DNA from: Solirubrobacteraceae bacterium
Lineage (GTDB): Bacteria; Actinomycetota; Thermoleophilia; Solirubrobacterales; Solirubrobacteraceae
Assembly (NCBI GenBank): GCA_035536715.1
Contig: DATLNO010000077.1
Span: forward strand, 9,221 to 73,220
Reading direction: 5' to 3'
Length of the DNA stretch: 64,000 bases
A program made the position numbers and the translations under genes. The notes under the pieces were generated by a model. That model made no database searches, had not been told where the DNA came from, and saw only the letters and a program-made list of their open reading frames with translations. The first letter of the stretch is position 1. Every line of letters starts with the position of its first letter. Positions 35,224 through 45,400 of the stretch are shown here, in pieces.

Positions 35224-37283
35224 ATCGCGGCGGGCGGCACGAGCACGCGCAGGCGCTCGGTCAGCGAGATCGTGCGCCAGCCGGCGTTGATCGCCCACTG
35301 CTGCGCCGGGGTGTTCTGGCGCGCGATGTCGCTTCTGCCGATGACGAGCACGTCGTAGTCGCCGTGCGACAGCGCCTCGCGAAAGCTCGCCTCGTCGCGG
35401 TACGGCGTGAGGAAGCCGTCGACGAACTCACCGACGAACTCGACCTCGTTGTCGATCCGCGTCCCGAATGCCGGCCACACGGGGGACAGATCGCCGAGCG
35501 ACCAGTACGTGGCGAACTCGAGACCGACGCGCTTGTCGGCCGGCGCCGCACGCAACAGCGCGTTGAGCCCGGGGTCGAAGTGGCTGTAGCGGTCGGCGTT
35601 GATGCGGTCCTGCATGCGATCGGCGAGAGCAAGCCCGACGACTGCCGCCCCGAGCGTGGCGGCGACGAGCACGACGCGGCGCTCGCGCAGGCGCCAGAGC
35701 AGGTACGCGGCGCCTGCGATCGCAGCGAGCGCGACCGTGGTGGCGACGAGGTCACGGCCCACGACTTGGTAGCCGTCGTAGGCGCCGAACAGCACGGCGA
35801 GCGTGAGCAGCGCCTCCAGCGCAAGGCCCGCGAGCGGCCGCACTCGACCCGCGACCCAGGCGAGCGCCGGCAGCGCGAGCATGAGCGCAGGGATCGCGTA
35901 GCGCGTGTTGGCGTGGGCAAGCGACGGGGTATCGCGCAGACCGAGCGCCGTCGCCGGGGTCAGGGTGTAGAGCGCGGCGAGCACCGCCGCGCCGGCGGCG
36001 AGGACAAGGACGCGCGGCTCGGCCGCGCGACGACCGGGCCGCGCGAGCACGACCGCCGCGACGAGCGCGAGAGCGCAGATGACCGGCACGCCGCCGAGCC
36101 CCTCGACGATCTTGATCGCGACCTTTGCGAGCACGTCGGGCTGGCCGGAGTAGTCGGCGATCGAGAATCCGACCTCGTCGCGGATGACGTCGCGCGGGGC
36201 GGAGAAGATCGTCACGCCGAACGGCTTGACGTTGAGCGGGAACACGGGATTGCCCGACTCGGCGAGATTGCGGGCGAGCCACGGCAGCATCCCGAGGAAC
36301 GCGAGGACGCCCACGAGCACGCCATCGCGCAGGACCGGACCCGCGTCGCCGCCGCCCGCCCGTCGCGCGGCCAGCAGCCGCGCCCCGAGCCAGATCGCGA
36401 CGACGACGGGCACCGAGCTGACGCCATACCACTTCGTCCCGGCCGCGATCCCGAGCGCGACGCCGGCGAGCACGAGGTCCGAGCGCAGGTTCGTCCGCGC
36501 ATGGCGCAGGAGGTACAGCACGCCGCAGGCGTACGTCGTCCACATGATCGCGTCGGGCAGGGCGCGCGGAATCGTCACAAAGCCGACGACCGGCAGCGAT
36601 ACGACGGCCGCGGCAGCGATCAGCGACGCCGCGGGCGGCGCGCGCAGCTCGCGCGCGACCGCGAAGGCGGCGACCGCGGTCGTCGCGAGGAAGAACACGC
36701 TCGGCAGGCGGGTGAGGAAGTCGTTGTGCCACGGCAGGATCGTGCTGAGCAGCACGACGTCGCCGTTGTTGGGGTAGTTGCCCTGGGCCAGCAGCGGGAC
36801 GAACTGGTCGATCTTCCACATCGTCCCGTCCTGGATCCAGCGGCCGATCCCCGGCAGGTGAAACGACGTCGGGTCGTCGCCGATGACCTCGTCGCCGCCC
36901 CAGCGGCCGAGGTTGGCGAGCGCGGCCACCGCCGTGAAGCCGCAGGCCAGCGCGGCCATGGCCCTGGAGGCGCGGCTGCTCGGGGGCGACGGTGGCCGCG
37001 GTTCCGGGTCCCCGGCGATGGCCGCGGGTCGGACGAGCGCCGCAAGGCCGACGGCGAGCGCGGCGGCGGCGATCACCGTGCCGCGCGAGAGGACGCCCAG
37101 CATCAGCGGCACGAGGTGCACGCCGATCAGGACGCCCGTGCCGGTCACGACGCTCGCAAGCACGGTCTCGAGCGGGTCGAGATGGCGCAGCCGGCGGCGC
37201 ACGACGAGCGCCGTCGCCACGATGACCGCGGCGAGCATGACGACGAAGAGAGCCGCCCCGGCGAGAAAGTCCTGCAAGGGCAT
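35220..37283 (-). CDS. polytopic membrane protein, GT-C-like (ArnT/PMT-type glycosyltransferase) candidate
   Basis: 687 aa. At least 12 hydrophobic segments are followed by a soluble C-terminal domain of about 130 aa. The family assignment is by architecture only. Confidence 0.5.
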   Translation of the reverse strand: MPLQDFLAGAALFVVMLAAVIVATALVVRRRLRHLDPLETVLASVVTGTGVLIGVHLVPLMLGVLSRGTVIAAAALAVGLAALVRPAAIAGDPEPRPPSPPSSRASRAMAALACGFTAVAALANLGRWGGDEVIGDDPTSFHLPGIGRWIQDGTMWKIDQFVPLLAQGNYPNNGDVVLLSTILPWHNDFLTRLPSVFFLATTAVAAFAVARELRAPPAASLIAAAAVVSLPVVGFVTIPRALPDAIMWTTYACGVLYLLRHARTNLRSDLVLAGVALGIAAGTKWYGVSSVPVVVAIWLGARLLAARRAGGGDAGPVLRDGVLVGVLAFLGMLPWLARNLAESGNPVFPLNVKPFGVTIFSAPRDVIRDEVGFSIADYSGQPDVLAKVAIKIVEGLGGVPVICALALVAAVVLARPGRRAAEPRVLVLAAGAAVLAALYTLTPATALGLRDTPSLAHANTRYAIPALMLALPALAWVAGRVRPLAGLALEALLTLAVLFGAYDGYQVVGRDLVATTVALAAIAGAAYLLWRLRERRVVLVAATLGAAVVGLALADRMQDRINADRYSHFDPGLNALLRAAPADKRVGLEFATYWSLGDLSPVWPAFGTRIDNEVEFVGEFVDGFLTPYRDEASFREALSHGDYDVLVIGRSDIARQNTPAQQWAINAGWRTISLTERLRVLVPPAAI

Positions 37284-37370
37284 CAGTGGCCCGTGAGCCT
37301 AATCCACGCGCAGCGGCCGTCCTCCACATGATTCCGGTGCCCATGAGCGGCGCTGATAGCCTCGCAACCG

Positions 37371-38033
37371 ATGGCGCGATCGACCCTTGCGCGGCTGCGA
37401 GGCAGGCTGCGCCCCCGATCCAAGGGCGATGCCGAGATGGGCTACTGGAACGAGCGTGCGGCGATCGAGGGGGTGCTCGGCAACGGCCACTACGAGCGCG
37501 TCTTCACGGCCCAGTTCGGCCTCGAGACGCGGTTCTTCGACGGCAAGCGCGTGCTCGACGTCGGCTGCGGCCCGCGCGGCAGCCTCGAATGGGCGGCCGG
37601 CGCAGCGCAGCGGGTCGGCCTCGACCCGCTCGTCGACCGCTACCGCGAGCTCGGGATCGACCGCCACGCGATGCGGTACGTCGGCGCGCCCGCCGAGACA
37701 ATCCCGTTCGAGGACGCCTCGTTCGACATCGTCGCGAGCCTCAACTCGCTCGACCATGTCGACGACGTCGAGCGCGCCGTCGCCGAGATCACGCGCGTCG
37801 CGGCACCCGGCGCGACGTGGCTGCTGACCGTCGAGGTCGGGCACGCGCCGACGGCGACGGAGCCGCACTCACTCTCGTGGGACGTCGCCGAGGGCTTCGC
37901 GGGCTGGACGGTGCAGTGGTCGGCGCGCAACGGGCTGCGCGAGGACCACGACATCTACGCGAGCATCGACGAGGACCGGCCGCACACGGGCGACGGGCCG
38001 GGCCTCCTCCGCGCTCGGCTGACGAGGACCTAG
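37371..38033 (+). CDS. class I SAM-dependent methyltransferase
   Basis: VLDVGCGPRGSLEW (motif I) and DIVASLNSLDHV (motif II/III region). Confidence 0.75.
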   Translation: MARSTLARLRGRLRPRSKGDAEMGYWNERAAIEGVLGNGHYERVFTAQFGLETRFFDGKRVLDVGCGPRGSLEWAAGAAQRVGLDPLVDRYRELGIDRHAMRYVGAPAETIPFEDASFDIVASLNSLDHVDDVERAVAEITRVAAPGATWLLTVEVGHAPTATEPHSLSWDVAEGFAGWTVQWSARNGLREDHDIYASIDEDRPHTGDGPGLLRARLTRT

Positions 38034-38081
38034 TGGATCCGTCCGGAACTTCGGCCCGCAGAACTTGCGGACGGATCCACT
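38032..38081 (+). terminator. strong hairpin immediately after the methyltransferase stop (14-bp perfect stem)
   Basis: AGTGGATCCGTCCG (38032-38045) pairs with CGGACGGATCCACT (38068-38081). The 22-nt loop contains GAACTT twice. There is no U-tract. Confidence 0.4.
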
Positions 38082-38133
38082 GGTGAGCCTGACCGCTCGG
38101 TCGTGGCGCGCGGGTCTGCGCCGGTACCCGACA

Positions 38134-40206
38134 ATGCGGTCGATGGACGTCAGGACCGACGACCCTGCGCCGACGGAGCTCGATGAGGAGATCAGCTCCG
38201 GCGAGACCGGCCCGCCCGGTCGCGGCGAGCCTGACGGCGCGGGCGATATGACGCCGGGCGACGGCCCGCCGGGGCTGTCGCAGCGTTCCAACCGGATATG
38301 GGCATGGGTCGCGCTCGCCACCGCGAGCGTGTCCGCGGTCGCGCTGGCGCGGTACACCGGCGTCGTCGGCAAGGGCGGGCTGAACGAGGTCGCGCGCGCC
38401 GGCGCGGCGACCGTCGCGGTGTTCGGCATCGTTGGCTTCGGGCCGACGCGGCTGCTGCTGCCGCCCGGCCTGCGCCGCTTCGAGTTGCTGTGGGTGCTGC
38501 CGGTCGGCGCGGTCGCGACGGCGCTCGAGCTGACGCTCCTGACCTACGCGCACGTGCCATTCGATGCTGCGCTGCCGATCGTCCTGCTCGCCGGCGTGGC
38601 GCTCGCGGGGTTCGGCTGGCGGCGCGACCCGGGACTCCCCACGGCGCGCTCGGCACCGGCGGCCGGATTGGACGGGTTGGACGCGGCGTCATGGCGCACG
38701 CTGCTCGTGCCGCTGTACATCGCGCTGCTGATCGCGATGGTCGCGCTGCTGCCAATGTTCCGCGCGGGCTTTGCGACCGTCATCGGCAACGGCTCGGACG
38801 CGCACCTCGCGGTCGGCACCGGGATGTTCCTGCAGGAGAACCGCGCGGGCACGGTCAACATCGATGCGCCGGTCGACCACGTGCCGCTCGTGTGGAACTC
38901 CAAGCCGCCGATCTACCTCGCCTTCGGGGCCGTGGCGAAGGTCGCCGGGATGGAGCCGTACGCGGTGATCGCGACGATGGCGGGGGTGCTGCTGGCGCTC
39001 GCCGCGCTCGGCTTCTGGCTGCTGGCGCGCGAGCTGCTCGGCGCGGGCGCGTGGGCGGCGGGCGCCGCGATGGCGCTCATCGGCCTGAACCGGATGGCGC
39101 TGTTCACGACGATGCACCCGTACTTCAACCAGATCTGGGCCTTCATGGCGATGCCCTTCGCGATCGTGCTCGCATGGCACGTGGTGCGCCGCGGGACGTT
39201 CGGCGGCTGGATCATGCTGGGGTCGTTTCTCGCCCTGCTCGGGTTCGCCTATCCGCTGGCGCTGCCCGTGCCGCTCATGTCGATCGTCGTCTTCATCGCG
39301 TTCGAGCGCCGCCGGCGCGGGCTGCGGCTCATCTGGCTGCCGCGCCTGCGCAGCCGCAAGGACCTCATCTGGATCGTGCCGCTGGCGCTGCTTTTGCTGT
39401 CGGGCCCCGTCAAGGGCGTCTTCGAGAAGGCCGGCTCCGTGTTGAGCCTGCTCAACTACGGCGGCTCGCTGGCCAACTGGGGCGGCGACCTGCCGGGCTT
39501 CATCCCGGAGCGCTACTTCCTCGGCCTCGGTGACTCGGGCGGTGCGGCGATCGCGCTGGGGCTGCTGCTCGTCGGGCTTGTGATCGGGCTGCGCCACGCG
39601 CCGCGCGACGTGCGCTGGGGCCTGGGCATCGTGCTCGTGTTCGGCGTCCTGGCGGCGCTCTTCTTCCGCCCGCGCGAATACGGCTGGTACTTCCATTTCA
39701 AGGCGCTGGCGTTCGTCGCGCCGATCGGGATCGCGATCGCCGCCGTCGGGCTGGCGCGCTTCAGGCACGCCTGGGTCAGCGCGATCGCGCTGATCCTCGT
39801 GATCGGCGCGGCTCGCACGAGCGCCGCCGACGAGATCGGTCAGACGTTCGATCAGCTGCCCAAGAGCCTGCTCGAGCTGCGCTCGGTGGACGCGAGGCTG
39901 CCGCCCGACGCGTCGGTTCGGCTCGACATCCCGGCTGACGGGCGGATGCTGTGGGCCGGGATCCTGCTCGGCGGCCAGCCGCTGTGCTCGCAGAAGCCGG
40001 TGATGGAGACGAGCTATCCGCACGTTCCTGTCTCACGTGCCGCCGACTACGTGCTCGTCGACGACGACTGGCGCAAGCCGTTCGATGCCGTCGGCGACCC
40101 GGTCATGACACTCGACCGCTACCGGCTGTTCCGCCTCGAGCCGGGGCTGGCGGGTGGCGACCGCTGCTCGCGCGAGATGGTGCAGAACGTGGAGTCGCTG
40201 CAGTGA
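38134..40206 (+). CDS. polytopic membrane protein (second GT-C-like candidate)
   Basis: About 690 aa with an acidic/Pro-rich N-terminus, then at least 13 hydrophobic segments and a C-terminal soluble part. ATG at 38134 was chosen because the track start 38065 lies inside the upstream hairpin. Confidence 0.5.
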   Translation: MRSMDVRTDDPAPTELDEEISSGETGPPGRGEPDGAGDMTPGDGPPGLSQRSNRIWAWVALATASVSAVALARYTGVVGKGGLNEVARAGAATVAVFGIVGFGPTRLLLPPGLRRFELLWVLPVGAVATALELTLLTYAHVPFDAALPIVLLAGVALAGFGWRRDPGLPTARSAPAAGLDGLDAASWRTLLVPLYIALLIAMVALLPMFRAGFATVIGNGSDAHLAVGTGMFLQENRAGTVNIDAPVDHVPLVWNSKPPIYLAFGAVAKVAGMEPYAVIATMAGVLLALAALGFWLLARELLGAGAWAAGAAMALIGLNRMALFTTMHPYFNQIWAFMAMPFAIVLAWHVVRRGTFGGWIMLGSFLALLGFAYPLALPVPLMSIVVFIAFERRRRGLRLIWLPRLRSRKDLIWIVPLALLLLSGPVKGVFEKAGSVLSLLNYGGSLANWGGDLPGFIPERYFLGLGDSGGAAIALGLLLVGLVIGLRHAPRDVRWGLGIVLVFGVLAALFFRPREYGWYFHFKALAFVAPIGIAIAAVGLARFRHAWVSAIALILVIGAARTSAADEIGQTFDQLPKSLLELRSVDARLPPDASVRLDIPADGRMLWAGILLGGQPLCSQKPVMETSYPHVPVSRAADYVLVDDDWRKPFDAVGDPVMTLDRYRLFRLEPGLAGGDRCSREMVQNVESLQ

Positions 40207-40217
40207 GAATACGCGGC

Positions 40218-41477
40218 ATGCTGTTGTGCGCTCTCGCGATGCTGGCCGCTGCTGGCAGCGCGGCGCCGGCGTTCGCGCAGGAGCCGGCGACCGCGTTCGC
40301 CGCGGACTCGACGCAGATCGGCGTCATCAGCCTCCTGTTCTTCGGTGCCCAGGGCGGCGAGGTGCAGTACTACGAGCGCGTCAGTGATCGCCTGAAGGCG
40401 CTCGGCCGGGCGCGCGCCGCCCCAGGCGCGGTGACGACGCTGAAGGACGCCACGACCTGGTCGTGTGATCGCCTCGAGCGCCGCTTCGAGGCGCGCGCCG
40501 TCCTGCCCGACGGCAGCACCGCGACGGGCGCATACGGCGTGCGGACCGCGTCGTGCGCGCAGCGCTTCCGGGTCGAGGCGCCGCGTCGCGTCGCCGCGGG
40601 AAAGCTGGCCCGCGTCCGCGTGATCGACCGCTGGAACATCGGCGGCATCAAGCCGATGCTCTGCATCACGCCGCCGGCGGGCCGGCGGGAGTGCAGGACG
40701 CTGGCCTTCGCGCGGGCAGTCGCCGTCGCGACGCGCCGCTTCCGCGCCGAGCAGCGCGGGCGCTGGCGTGTCGAGCTACGGGTCCGCGATCACCGCGTGC
40801 GGCGCGACGTCGCCGTCGGCGGCGACACGACGGTCAGACAGGTCGTGCTGCCGAGCGTGCTCGCGACCGGAGACTCGACAATGCAGGGCATCGACAGCTA
40901 CCTGTCCGACGAGCTGGCCGACGACGCTGCGCTGCGCAGCGACATCCAGCTCGGCAGCGCGATCAGCCGCGGCGACTTCTGGGCGACGTACGCGGCGACG
41001 CAGACCAAGCGCCTGCACCAGCGCGTCAGCGTGATGTCGATCGGCGCGGCGTTCGACGGCTATCCGCTGACGCCGCCCGGCGGCGCTCCGGTCGAGTGCT
41101 GCGAGGAGCCGTGGGTTGCGCTGTACGCCGAGCGCGTCCGGGCGATCATGGGGACCTACCTGCGGCGCGGGCGCGGGCGCGTGTTCTGGCTGACGCCGCC
41201 GCTGCCTCGCGACCCGGTGCGGCTGAAGATCACGACCGCGATCACGTTGGCGATCGAGCGTGCCGCGACGGGACTTCTGGGCGTGAGGGTCGTCCGCGTC
41301 GACCAGCTCTTCGCGCCGGCAGGGGTCTACACGGAGGTCATCCGCTACCGCGGCCGCGACGTCCGCGTGCGCGATCCCGACGGCGTGCACCTCAACATCT
41401 CGGGCACCGCGATCATGGCCCAGCTGCTGGCCCCGCAGATCCGGGCGGCGCTGGCGCAGACGAAGCCCGCGGGCTGA
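40218..41477 (+). CDS. secreted protein with a C-terminal SGNH/GDSL hydrolase domain
   Basis: Signal peptide MLLCALAMLAAAGSAAPAFA. Block I is VLATGDSTMQG and block V is DPDGVHLN (DxxH). I did not recognise the N-terminal 220 aa or so. Confidence 0.6.
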   Translation: MLLCALAMLAAAGSAAPAFAQEPATAFAADSTQIGVISLLFFGAQGGEVQYYERVSDRLKALGRARAAPGAVTTLKDATTWSCDRLERRFEARAVLPDGSTATGAYGVRTASCAQRFRVEAPRRVAAGKLARVRVIDRWNIGGIKPMLCITPPAGRRECRTLAFARAVAVATRRFRAEQRGRWRVELRVRDHRVRRDVAVGGDTTVRQVVLPSVLATGDSTMQGIDSYLSDELADDAALRSDIQLGSAISRGDFWATYAATQTKRLHQRVSVMSIGAAFDGYPLTPPGGAPVECCEEPWVALYAERVRAIMGTYLRRGRGRVFWLTPPLPRDPVRLKITTAITLAIERAATGLLGVRVVRVDQLFAPAGVYTEVIRYRGRDVRVRDPDGVHLNISGTAIMAQLLAPQIRAALAQTKPAG

Positions 41478-41543
41478 CGGGCGGTCCTGGGTGGTTGGCT
41501 CGCTGCGTTCGTGCGGTGCCCCGCATGCGTACGGTTGGGTCGC

Positions 41544-41645
41544 GTGGCACCTCAGGTGCGGATATCGCCCTTCGGGTGCCACGAGCACCCTGGCTGATGC
41601 GGTTGTGGCACGACAGGTGCGGATATCGCTCCTCGGGTGCCACGA
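41544..41645. repeat. two copies of a 41-bp hairpin-forming repeat upstream of the PPTase-PKS operon
   Basis: R1 (41544-41584) is gtggcacctcaggtgcggatatcgcccttcgggtgccacga. R2 (41605-41645) is gtggcacgacaggtgcggatatcgctcctcgggtgccacga. They are 38/41 identical. Each has GTGGCAC...GTGCCAC arms around a GATATC core. Confidence 0.65.
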
Positions 41646-41832
41646 CCCTCGCCGCACGGGCCTGGGGCCACCCGTCCTTCACCGATGTTGTTCGCAAGCG
41701 CGAGCACCCGCCCGGACGCACCGGCTCGACCCTGGTGCCCAACGCCCACGGCCTGCGCCGGCGCCGTGAGACAATCCGTCGCGTCTTGGAGGATGCATCG
41801 ACAACGCAAGCAGAGCCGGCCGTGAGGCGCCT

Positions 41833-42462
41833 GTGATCGAGGAGCTGGTGCCCGCGACCGTCACCGTGGTCGCGACGCGCGCCGACCTCGGAACCGAGTT
41901 GTTCGCGGATGAGCTGCGCGCGCTGGGATCCGCGGTCCATTCGCGTCGCCGCGAGTTCGAGACGGGTCGCGCATGCGCCCGCCGAGCGCTCGCCGAACTC
42001 GGTCTGCGCGAAGCTGTCGCGGTCGGGAGCGGGACGCGCGGCGAGCCGCTCTGGCCGGCCGGCGTGGTCGGCAGCATCACGCACTGCGCGCGCTACAGGG
42101 CCTGCGCCGTCGCACGCGACCACGACGTGCTCGCGGTCGGCATCGACGCCGAGCTCGACGCCCCGCTGCCTGCCGGCGTGCTCGCGACGATCGCGAGCCG
42201 CGTCGAACAGCGCGCGCTGGCGGCGCACGGCGCCGGCGCCTGCTGGGACCGCGTGCTGTTCAGCGCCAAGGAGGCGGTCTTCAAGGCGTGGTATCCGCTG
42301 ACCGGGCAGGCGCTCGCGTTCGAGGACGCCGACGTGCGGATCGACCCCGACCACGGCACGTTCACGGCGCGGCTGCTCGTCGACGGCCCGCTGCGCGAGC
42401 TGCACGGGCGCTGGGCTGTTGCCGGCGGGATCGTCGCGACCAGCGTGGCGGTGGCGCGATGA
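41833..42462 (+). CDS. 4'-phosphopantetheinyl transferase (Sfp/EntD type)
   Basis: GSITHC, GIDAE and FSAKEAVFKAW motifs. GTG start. Its stop overlaps the PKS ATG (ATGA at 42459-42462). Confidence 0.8.
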   Translation: MIEELVPATVTVVATRADLGTELFADELRALGSAVHSRRREFETGRACARRALAELGLREAVAVGSGTRGEPLWPAGVVGSITHCARYRACAVARDHDVLAVGIDAELDAPLPAGVLATIASRVEQRALAAHGAGACWDRVLFSAKEAVFKAWYPLTGQALAFEDADVRIDPDHGTFTARLLVDGPLRELHGRWAVAGGIVATSVAVAR

Positions 42463-45400
42463 GACAGCGAACCGTGGCGCTGCCCTGGGTCCTCTCCGCG
42501 CAAGATGAGCCCGCGCTGCGCGAGCAGGCGACCCGGCTGAAGGCACACCTCGAGGCGCACCCGCAGCTGCACACCGCCGACGTCGGCTGGTCGCTCGTCG
42601 CCGGCGGCGCCCATCTTGAGCGTCGCGCGGTCGCGATCGGGGAGGACCGCAAGGCGTTGCTCGGCGGGCTCGAGGCAATCGCATCGGGCGCGCCCGCGCA
42701 GGGCGTCGCACGCGGTATCGCGCACGCAACGACCGCGCACCGGCTTGCCTTCGTCTTCCCCGGCCAGGGCTCGCAGTGGCCGGGCATGGCGCTCGAGCTC
42801 GCGGCGCAGTCGCCGCTGTTCGCCGCCAGGTTGCAGGCCTGCGAGGACGCGCTCTCCCCGCACATCGACTGGAAGCTCGACGACGTCCTGCGCGCCGCGC
42901 CCGACGACGAGCTCTGGGACCGCTCGGACATCGTCCAGCCGTCGCTGTTCTGCGTGATGGTCTCGCTCGCCACCCTGTGGCGCTCCTTCGGCGTCCGTCC
43001 CGACGCGGTCGTCGGCCACTCGCTCGGGGAGATCTCGGCCGCCTGTGTCGCGGGGATCCTGTCGCTCGAGGATGCCGCTCGCGTCGCGGCGCTGACGAGC
43101 CGCGCCCTGCACGAGCTCGGCGGGGACGACGGGATGGTCCTCGTCGACCTCGGCGCCGAGCAGCTCGAGGAACGGACCGCGCAGATCGACGGCCGGCTGA
43201 CGCTCGCCGCGTTCAACGGTCCCCACGCGATCGTCGTCTCCGGCGAGCAGCCCGCGCTCGACGAGCTGCTGGCCGGCTGCGAGGCCGACGGGATCCGGGC
43301 GCGCCGGATTCGCGTGGACGGCACCTCTTCGGTCGCGCACTCGAGCCAGATCGAGGCGATCCGCGAGCGCCTCGCGCGCGATCTCGCGCCCGTCGAGCCG
43401 CGCCCGAGCGGCGTGACGTTCTACTCGTCGGTCACCGGCGAGCCGATCGACTACACCGAGCTCGGCCCCGAGTATTGGTACCGCAGCCTGCGTGAGCCGG
43501 TGCGCTTCGAGCAGGCGACGGCCGCGCTCGTGCGCGACGGCGCGACGGCCTTCGTCGAGTCCAGCCCGCACCCGGTGCTGACGTTCGCGGTGGAGGGGAC
43601 GATCGAGTCGGCTGCAGCGGCGGGCACGGGATTGGCCACGCCGATCGGCGATGTACCTCACGCGGTGATCGGGTCGCTGCGCCGCGACGGCGGGCTCGCA
43701 CGCTTTCTCGTCTCGGTCGGGGAGGCGCACGCCACCGGGATCGAGCTTGACTGGACGCCCGCCTTCGCCGCGGCGCGGCCGACGCGCATCGACCTGCCGC
43801 TGCGCGAAACCGCTTCGGCGGCGGTCGCCGATGTGCCGGTCGCGGCGGCCGCGGACTCGCTGCTGGCCGACGACCAGCGCACCGACGCCGGACTGCTCGC
43901 CCTCGTGCGCGAGCACGCCGCCGCGGTGCTCGCGCTCGGGTCTGCCGACGCCATCGCGCCGCGCCGCGCGTTCAAGGAAATGGGTATGGAGTCGCTGCAG
44001 GGCGTCGAGCTGCGCAACCGCCTCGCCCAGGTGACCGGGCTGCGCCTGCCGTCGACCCTCGTCTACGACCATCCCACGCCGGCCGCCGTCGCCGACCGGC
44101 TCGCCACGATCCTGTCGGGGGCGCAGCGCGCCTCCCGAGCGACCGTCCGCCTGAGCGCCCACCACGACGAGCCGATCGCGATCGTCGGGATGAGCTGCCG
44201 CTACCCCGGCGGCGTGCGGTCCGCGCAGGACCTCTGGGATCTCGTCGCTGCCGGCACCGACGCGATCGGCCCGTTCCCCGAGGACCGCGGCTGGGACCTC
44301 GACGGCCTCTACGACGAAGATCCAGATGTAACCGGCACGAGCTACGTGCGCAGCGGCGGCTTTCTCTACGACGCCCCGGACTTCGACGCGGCGTTCTTCC
44401 AGATCGCGCCCCGCGAGGCGTCGGTGATGGACCCCCAGCAGCGGATCGTGCTCGAGACGTCGTGGGCGGCGCTCGAGGACGCCGCCATCGACCCCGAGCG
44501 GCTCGCGGGCTCTGCGGCCGGCGTCTTCCTCGGCGTCAGCTCACAGGACTACGGCTCGTTCCTGCCGGGCTTCGCGACCGAGTACGAGGGCCTGAGGATG
44601 ACCGGGTCGCTGACGAGCGTCGTCTCGGGCCGCGTTTCCTACGCGCTCGGGCTGGAAGGCCCCGGGGTCACCGTCGACACGGCCTGCTCCTCCTCGCTCG
44701 TGGCGCTGCACCTCGCCTGCCAGTCGCTGCGCACTGGCGAGTGCTCGCTCGCGCTTGCCGGCGGCGTCACCGTGCTCTCGTCGCCGGGGATGTTCATCGA
44801 GTTCAGCCGCCAGCGCGGCCTCGCGCCGGACGGGCGCAGCAAGGCGTTCGCCGCGAGCGCCGACGGCGCCAGCTGGGCCGAGGGCGCGGGCGTGCTCGTC
44901 ATCGAGCGGCTGTCGGACGCGCGCCGCAACGGCCATCGCGTGCTCGGCCTCGTGCGCGGCACGGCGACCAATCAGGACGGCGCGAGCAACGGGCTGTCGG
45001 CGCCCAGCGGGCCGTCCCAGGAGCAGGTCATCCGCCAGGCGCTCGCGAACGCCGGCGTGTCGCCGGCCGACGTGGACGCCGTCGAGGCGCACGGGACGGG
45101 CACGACGCTCGGTGATCCGATCGAGGCCGGAGCGCTGCTTGCGACCTACGGCCAGGACCGCGTGGACGGGCCGCTCTGGCTGGGCTCGATCAAGTCGAAC
45201 ATCGGCCACTCGCATGCGGCGGCGGGCGTCGCCGGCGTGATCAAGATGCTCATGGCGATGCGCGCCGGCGTCCTGCCGCGCACCCTGCACGTCGACGCGC
45301 CGACGCCGCACGCCGACTGGTCAGGGGGGCGGGTCGAGCTCCTGACCGAGCAGCGCGACTGGCCGCGGGCGGGCCATCCAGTCCGTCCTCGGCGCGCGGG

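Noticed and set aside
41544-41645. Possibility that the 41-bp repeats are a CRISPR array.
   Set aside because: There are only two repeat copies with a single 20-bp spacer, no cas genes in the window, and internally palindromic repeats with long loops. The element is reported as a regulatory/REP-like repeat instead.
41973-42458. Upstream 162 codons of the PKS ORF as given in the track (start 41973).
   Set aside because: This stretch overlaps the well-supported PPTase gene in another frame and translates to Arg-rich nonsense. ATG 42459, in an ATGA overlap with the PPTase stop, gives a sensible N-terminus (MRQRTVALPWVLSAQDEPALREQ...).
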